From NCBI GenBank assembly GCA_977016875.1, contig CDRNST010000302.1:310001-374000 (forward strand): a stretch of 64,000 nucleotides of DNA, in the 5' to 3' direction. Shown piece after piece: positions 60,350 to 64,000 of the stretch. Made by a program: the position numbers and the translations under genes. How positions within the stretch are numbered: position 1 is the first letter of the stretch; each line of letters opens with the position of its first letter. Under the pieces are notes generated by a model. That model worked only from the letters and a program-made list of their open reading frames with translations, was not told the origin of the DNA and ran no database searches. This DNA comes from Pavona decussata. Lineage: Eukaryota.

Positions 60350-63300
60350 ACTGCATTTTGTCAATATGCCTGTCATTGAGAATGGTGTAGAAGTATTAAT
60401 AATATCAATATTAAAGCTACAAAAACCGAATGGCACATTAAAAAAGGAGCGATTTGCAAGTTTTGCAACAGTTTTAATTGTTTGCGCCCAGCCATTAAAC
60501 TAATAATTGCCGACGATCATTTCATGCACGAGAAAACGTATTTGATTTATTAACGTCAAACAGACTATTGGTGCATAAACAAATGTCTCATAATAATAAA
60601 CTGTTTCAACTGTTCGAGATTTTAACACATTTTTGAGTTGCACTAATGAAGAATAAAAGTTAAGCATTGACTAATAATTCCTTGCTATCGATGAAACTCG
60701 ACGCAAAACAATTTTGATATCGAAATATTCCCAACTTACAAGTCACGCCATATTAACTATGCACAGTTTTAATTAACTGATACTTCTGGAATCTTTGTAA
60801 ATATGGCTGTAGTATTCTCGGTGTTTCATAATTAAAAACTTTCAGTAAGTTTTATTGCACTTCTGTTTTCCTGCCCTCTTTAAGGCAATATCGAGGACTT
60901 CTATATGGATTGGTCAGTTAAAACGATTTAGAGAATATTCGAAGATTTTAAAAACCTGGTCATTTAAATAAAATTAAAGGCACCCACGCTATGATTGATA
61001 GATCTGATAGCTGTTAGTTTGTTGAGCAACATTTCGTCTACTGCTCAACTCATTTTGTCATCAAATAATAACCGATTGTAATTATTAACAGTGATAATCA
61101 GTTTGGTTCAGAGGTTTGCAAAGCGCCTGTCTTGGAGGAAGATTACGTTTTTAGGCCCGAGCTAACTTGGATTAATTGATAGAAACGGTACATCGTGCTA
61201 GTTTAAAAAAATATATAAATAAGCACCATTTTGTTAATTACAAAAAGCGCCTTGTCCAACGTAGAGGCCTAGGAGGTGTTTTAAGAACTTTAAATTTATT
61301 CAGTTTCGTAATTAAGGTCGGCTTTGGAAACAAGTATTGTATGAAAAACAGTTCACATTTTAACACAGCTAGAAAGGAAAGAAAATGTTTAATCATAAAG
61401 TTTAGATAAAGTCAATACGAGATGCAGAAAGGGATTTTAAGCCCCATTTCGGCGGAATAGAACGCTGTCTCAGTCTTAGCCATAATCCCGGTTTCTCGAC
61501 CATAAAACAGACTAAGTAAGGCGAGTATTGGAATTATTTCAACTCCAGACGCCTGTAAATGCGACTGAAGCTCTAACTTAGGAAGCGAACGCTTTCATTA
61601 TATTTGAGCTAGAAATCACTAGGCTATTCGTGGACTGTTAAAATTTAAGACACATACCTGCATCCTCACACAGATGTATAGTAGAAGAAACGTCGATTCC
61701 GAAAAATCAGTAAACAGGCGAGGGAATCTAACAGGAGGGAAAGAGGAACTCGATCAGAGCTAATTTGAATAAGGGGTGGCATAGCAACACTATGTTTTGA
61801 TTACGTTTTGGGTGTCTTGCATTTCTATCATTTTAACTGGTGGAAGATCACTGTGGACATTCCTGCTTTGGTCTTCGAAACTGGAGGATTTTTTCAAACT
61901 ACAGCTTAAAAGCACATGTTGGATTGAGCCTTTCAAATAAACAATTCATTAACAACGTCTTTCATGCACGAAGGAAGATATATGATCTGTCAACGGGGGA
62001 TCAAGACGCTATACCAACCAGTTGCATAAAATAACTGGCTATTATGTATTTCACCTGTTTATCTGTTATTCTCATTCACAATTGCCACTTTTTACAAACA
62101 AAGTTAGCGTCTGATAGTTCTTGGTCGTAAACGAAACGAGGGAACTTAACTTTGTTAAACTACACCCGACGCTAAGTGTTCTGTGTTATTAAAATATTCA
62201 CAATTTTAAACACACAAAAAGTCACGCTTATTAACCACTCATTGCTAGAAGGGTTTTCAATTAAAATAGTTCTTAATTTGCTTTATAAATAATAAGTAAT
62301 CATAAGCATTAAGATCATTATAAGGATGTCTAGATGTCTTACCAAAGATATAGAACACTAAAAATTAAAAAAAAAAAAAACGTTTTTTAACAATAGGCTA
62401 AATTGAAAGCTATTTGAGCAGTGCAAAATATATTTTGTGCAAAGATGAGACTTAAACGTTTAAAATTGCTGAATGAATCTCCTGAAAGAATGAAAATTAG
62501 GCAATGATTTCCAAAGTCTTAGAACAGCTGTTTGAAATGCTTGCTCTCCTTAACTCTTAGTATTTGCGGTTAGTATGGCAATGAGAAAGTTCTGCAAAGC
62601 TGATCTCAAGGAACTTTCGGGTTGATAACTACATAAGGCTCCTTTATATATTCCGGTGCTTGGTCATTCAAATAAATAAAGGTATTGTATTTTTCACTTT
62701 GCTTGATTGTCAAATAATTTATTTTGTTCTAGCTCCTTTTCTTTCCTGTTCTATGCAAAAATGAATATTTTTATCCATCAGAGCCATTATAATCAGTTCA
62801 GACGAAAACAAAAATATTCTCATCAGTTGAAAACATGGCTTGTTTACATCAATGGCTTTCATGCTATCATGAATTTAAGTTGATTCGAACGGATTGGTGT
62901 TCAATATTTCCTTTACCATCCATTTTATGTCGGAATTGCTTTGTAATGATTAAAATTCTTGTTGTTTGGAAGAGGTTTGTGGTGCGTTGGTCTGATAGAA
63001 AAGTATTTTGATAAGAGTACTAAACAAAACTAATTACTTGATCCGAACATTAATGCATGTTCGCAATAAGGAAATAACTTCAAAATAATCGCAATAGTTA
63101 GCGTTTCCTCCAAACTACAGAGAAGCCCTACACACTATATATTTCACAACGTTTCAACGTTTTTCGCATTCGTAACAAGTGAAAGCTTAACAGCAATATG
63201 AAAAGCTCTTAATAACTATACTATATGACTCAAGAATACGTTTGCTACCAGTTAAGTGATTTCAAATCACTCTGACCTTAGGAAGGGCTGTGTTAGCTTT

Positions 63301-64000
63301 ATGTTAACGAAAGAGAGAATCCATGTTAACGTTGAGATCGTTAAAACTTCCCTAAACAACTTAACAACGCGAATATTGCATCATCTCAGTTATGGCGCGG
63401 CTTGCCAGATGCTCGTAAATGCGATCCGAACTCTCAAAACTGATCAGCTTACGCTTTTGTAAACATCGATCGGAAATAGCAGTTCTTTTTTAACGCGTAG
63501 AATTCTGATACATACCTACATCGTCACATAGATAAAAAGAAGATGACACGCTGTTTAGGAGCGGCAGACGAGGGCGGCTGACAGAAGTGAAAGAGGAACT
63601 TGATCGAAGCTGATTTAAATAAGGTGTGGTATAGCCAACAGTGTGTTTTGATCACGTTTAGGGTTTTATAGCATTTCTACCATTTAAACTGGTTGAAGAC
63701 CATTGCTGACATCCCTGCTCAAGTCTTCGAAACTGGATGATTTAATGTAAAAACGAACCTTTGAAACTGCAGCTTAAAAACACATATTGGATTCAGCCGT
63801 CAATTAAACAAATGAGCAGCAACGTCTTTTATGCATGAAGAAATATGTTTGATTTATTAACGGGGGATAATGACGCCAAACAAGGTAGTACCCCACACAA
63901 ACAACTTCTGCTCGTTTATCTCACCTGTTTATTATTCTCATTCATAGTTTCAACTTTGGATGAAAAAAAGTAAGCTACTGATAGTTCGTTGAACTTTGTA
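60350..64000. repeat. Copy-B counterpart of the ~2-kb tandem array
   Basis: Closely matches 21310-25000; acatacct anchors at 61652 and 63510. Confidence 0.85.

Larger units (their letters stand above)
43855..64000. repeat. Copy B of a tandem segmental duplication (copy A ~1-28070)
   Basis: Collinear matches: 1-1430 vs 43855-45600; 8440-10165 vs 50230-52094; NLR exons; 18680-19030 vs 57580-57950; 21310-25000 vs 60350-64000. Confidence 0.92.

Overview
Eukaryotic, AT-rich, intron-containing DNA; the repeat landscape and gene content suggest a stony coral or other cnidarian (inference). The window is mostly two copies of an old tandem segmental duplication (copy A ~1-28070, copy B ~43855-64000). 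Each copy carries a minus-strand spliced NLR-type immune gene with PNP/ATP-nucleosidase-like + NACHT + RI-type LRR architecture (predicted 1389 and 1257 aa), preceded by a degenerate ~2-kb tandem array. Copy A contains an apparently intact 6.7-kb tyrosine-recombinase retrotransposon (1461-8172) with identical split direct repeats. Its gag, RT/RNaseH/MT and YR ORFs each begin at an in-frame phase-0 splice acceptor, compatible with one shared 50-codon leader exon. Copy B contains an internally deleted AcademH-like element (RecQ helicase pseudogene, 9-bp TSD) with two nested TIR elements. The spacer (28-43.8 kb) holds LINE and Penelope fragments, hammerhead-ribozyme pLTR insertions, a Helentron-type HINE, a Kolobok relic and a damaged Academ/DUF6589-like transposase gene fused to RING, zinc-knuckle and papain-like peptidase modules. 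There are two assembly gaps (16501-16733, 28525-28717). All family assignments come from motif recognition by eye; no searches were run.
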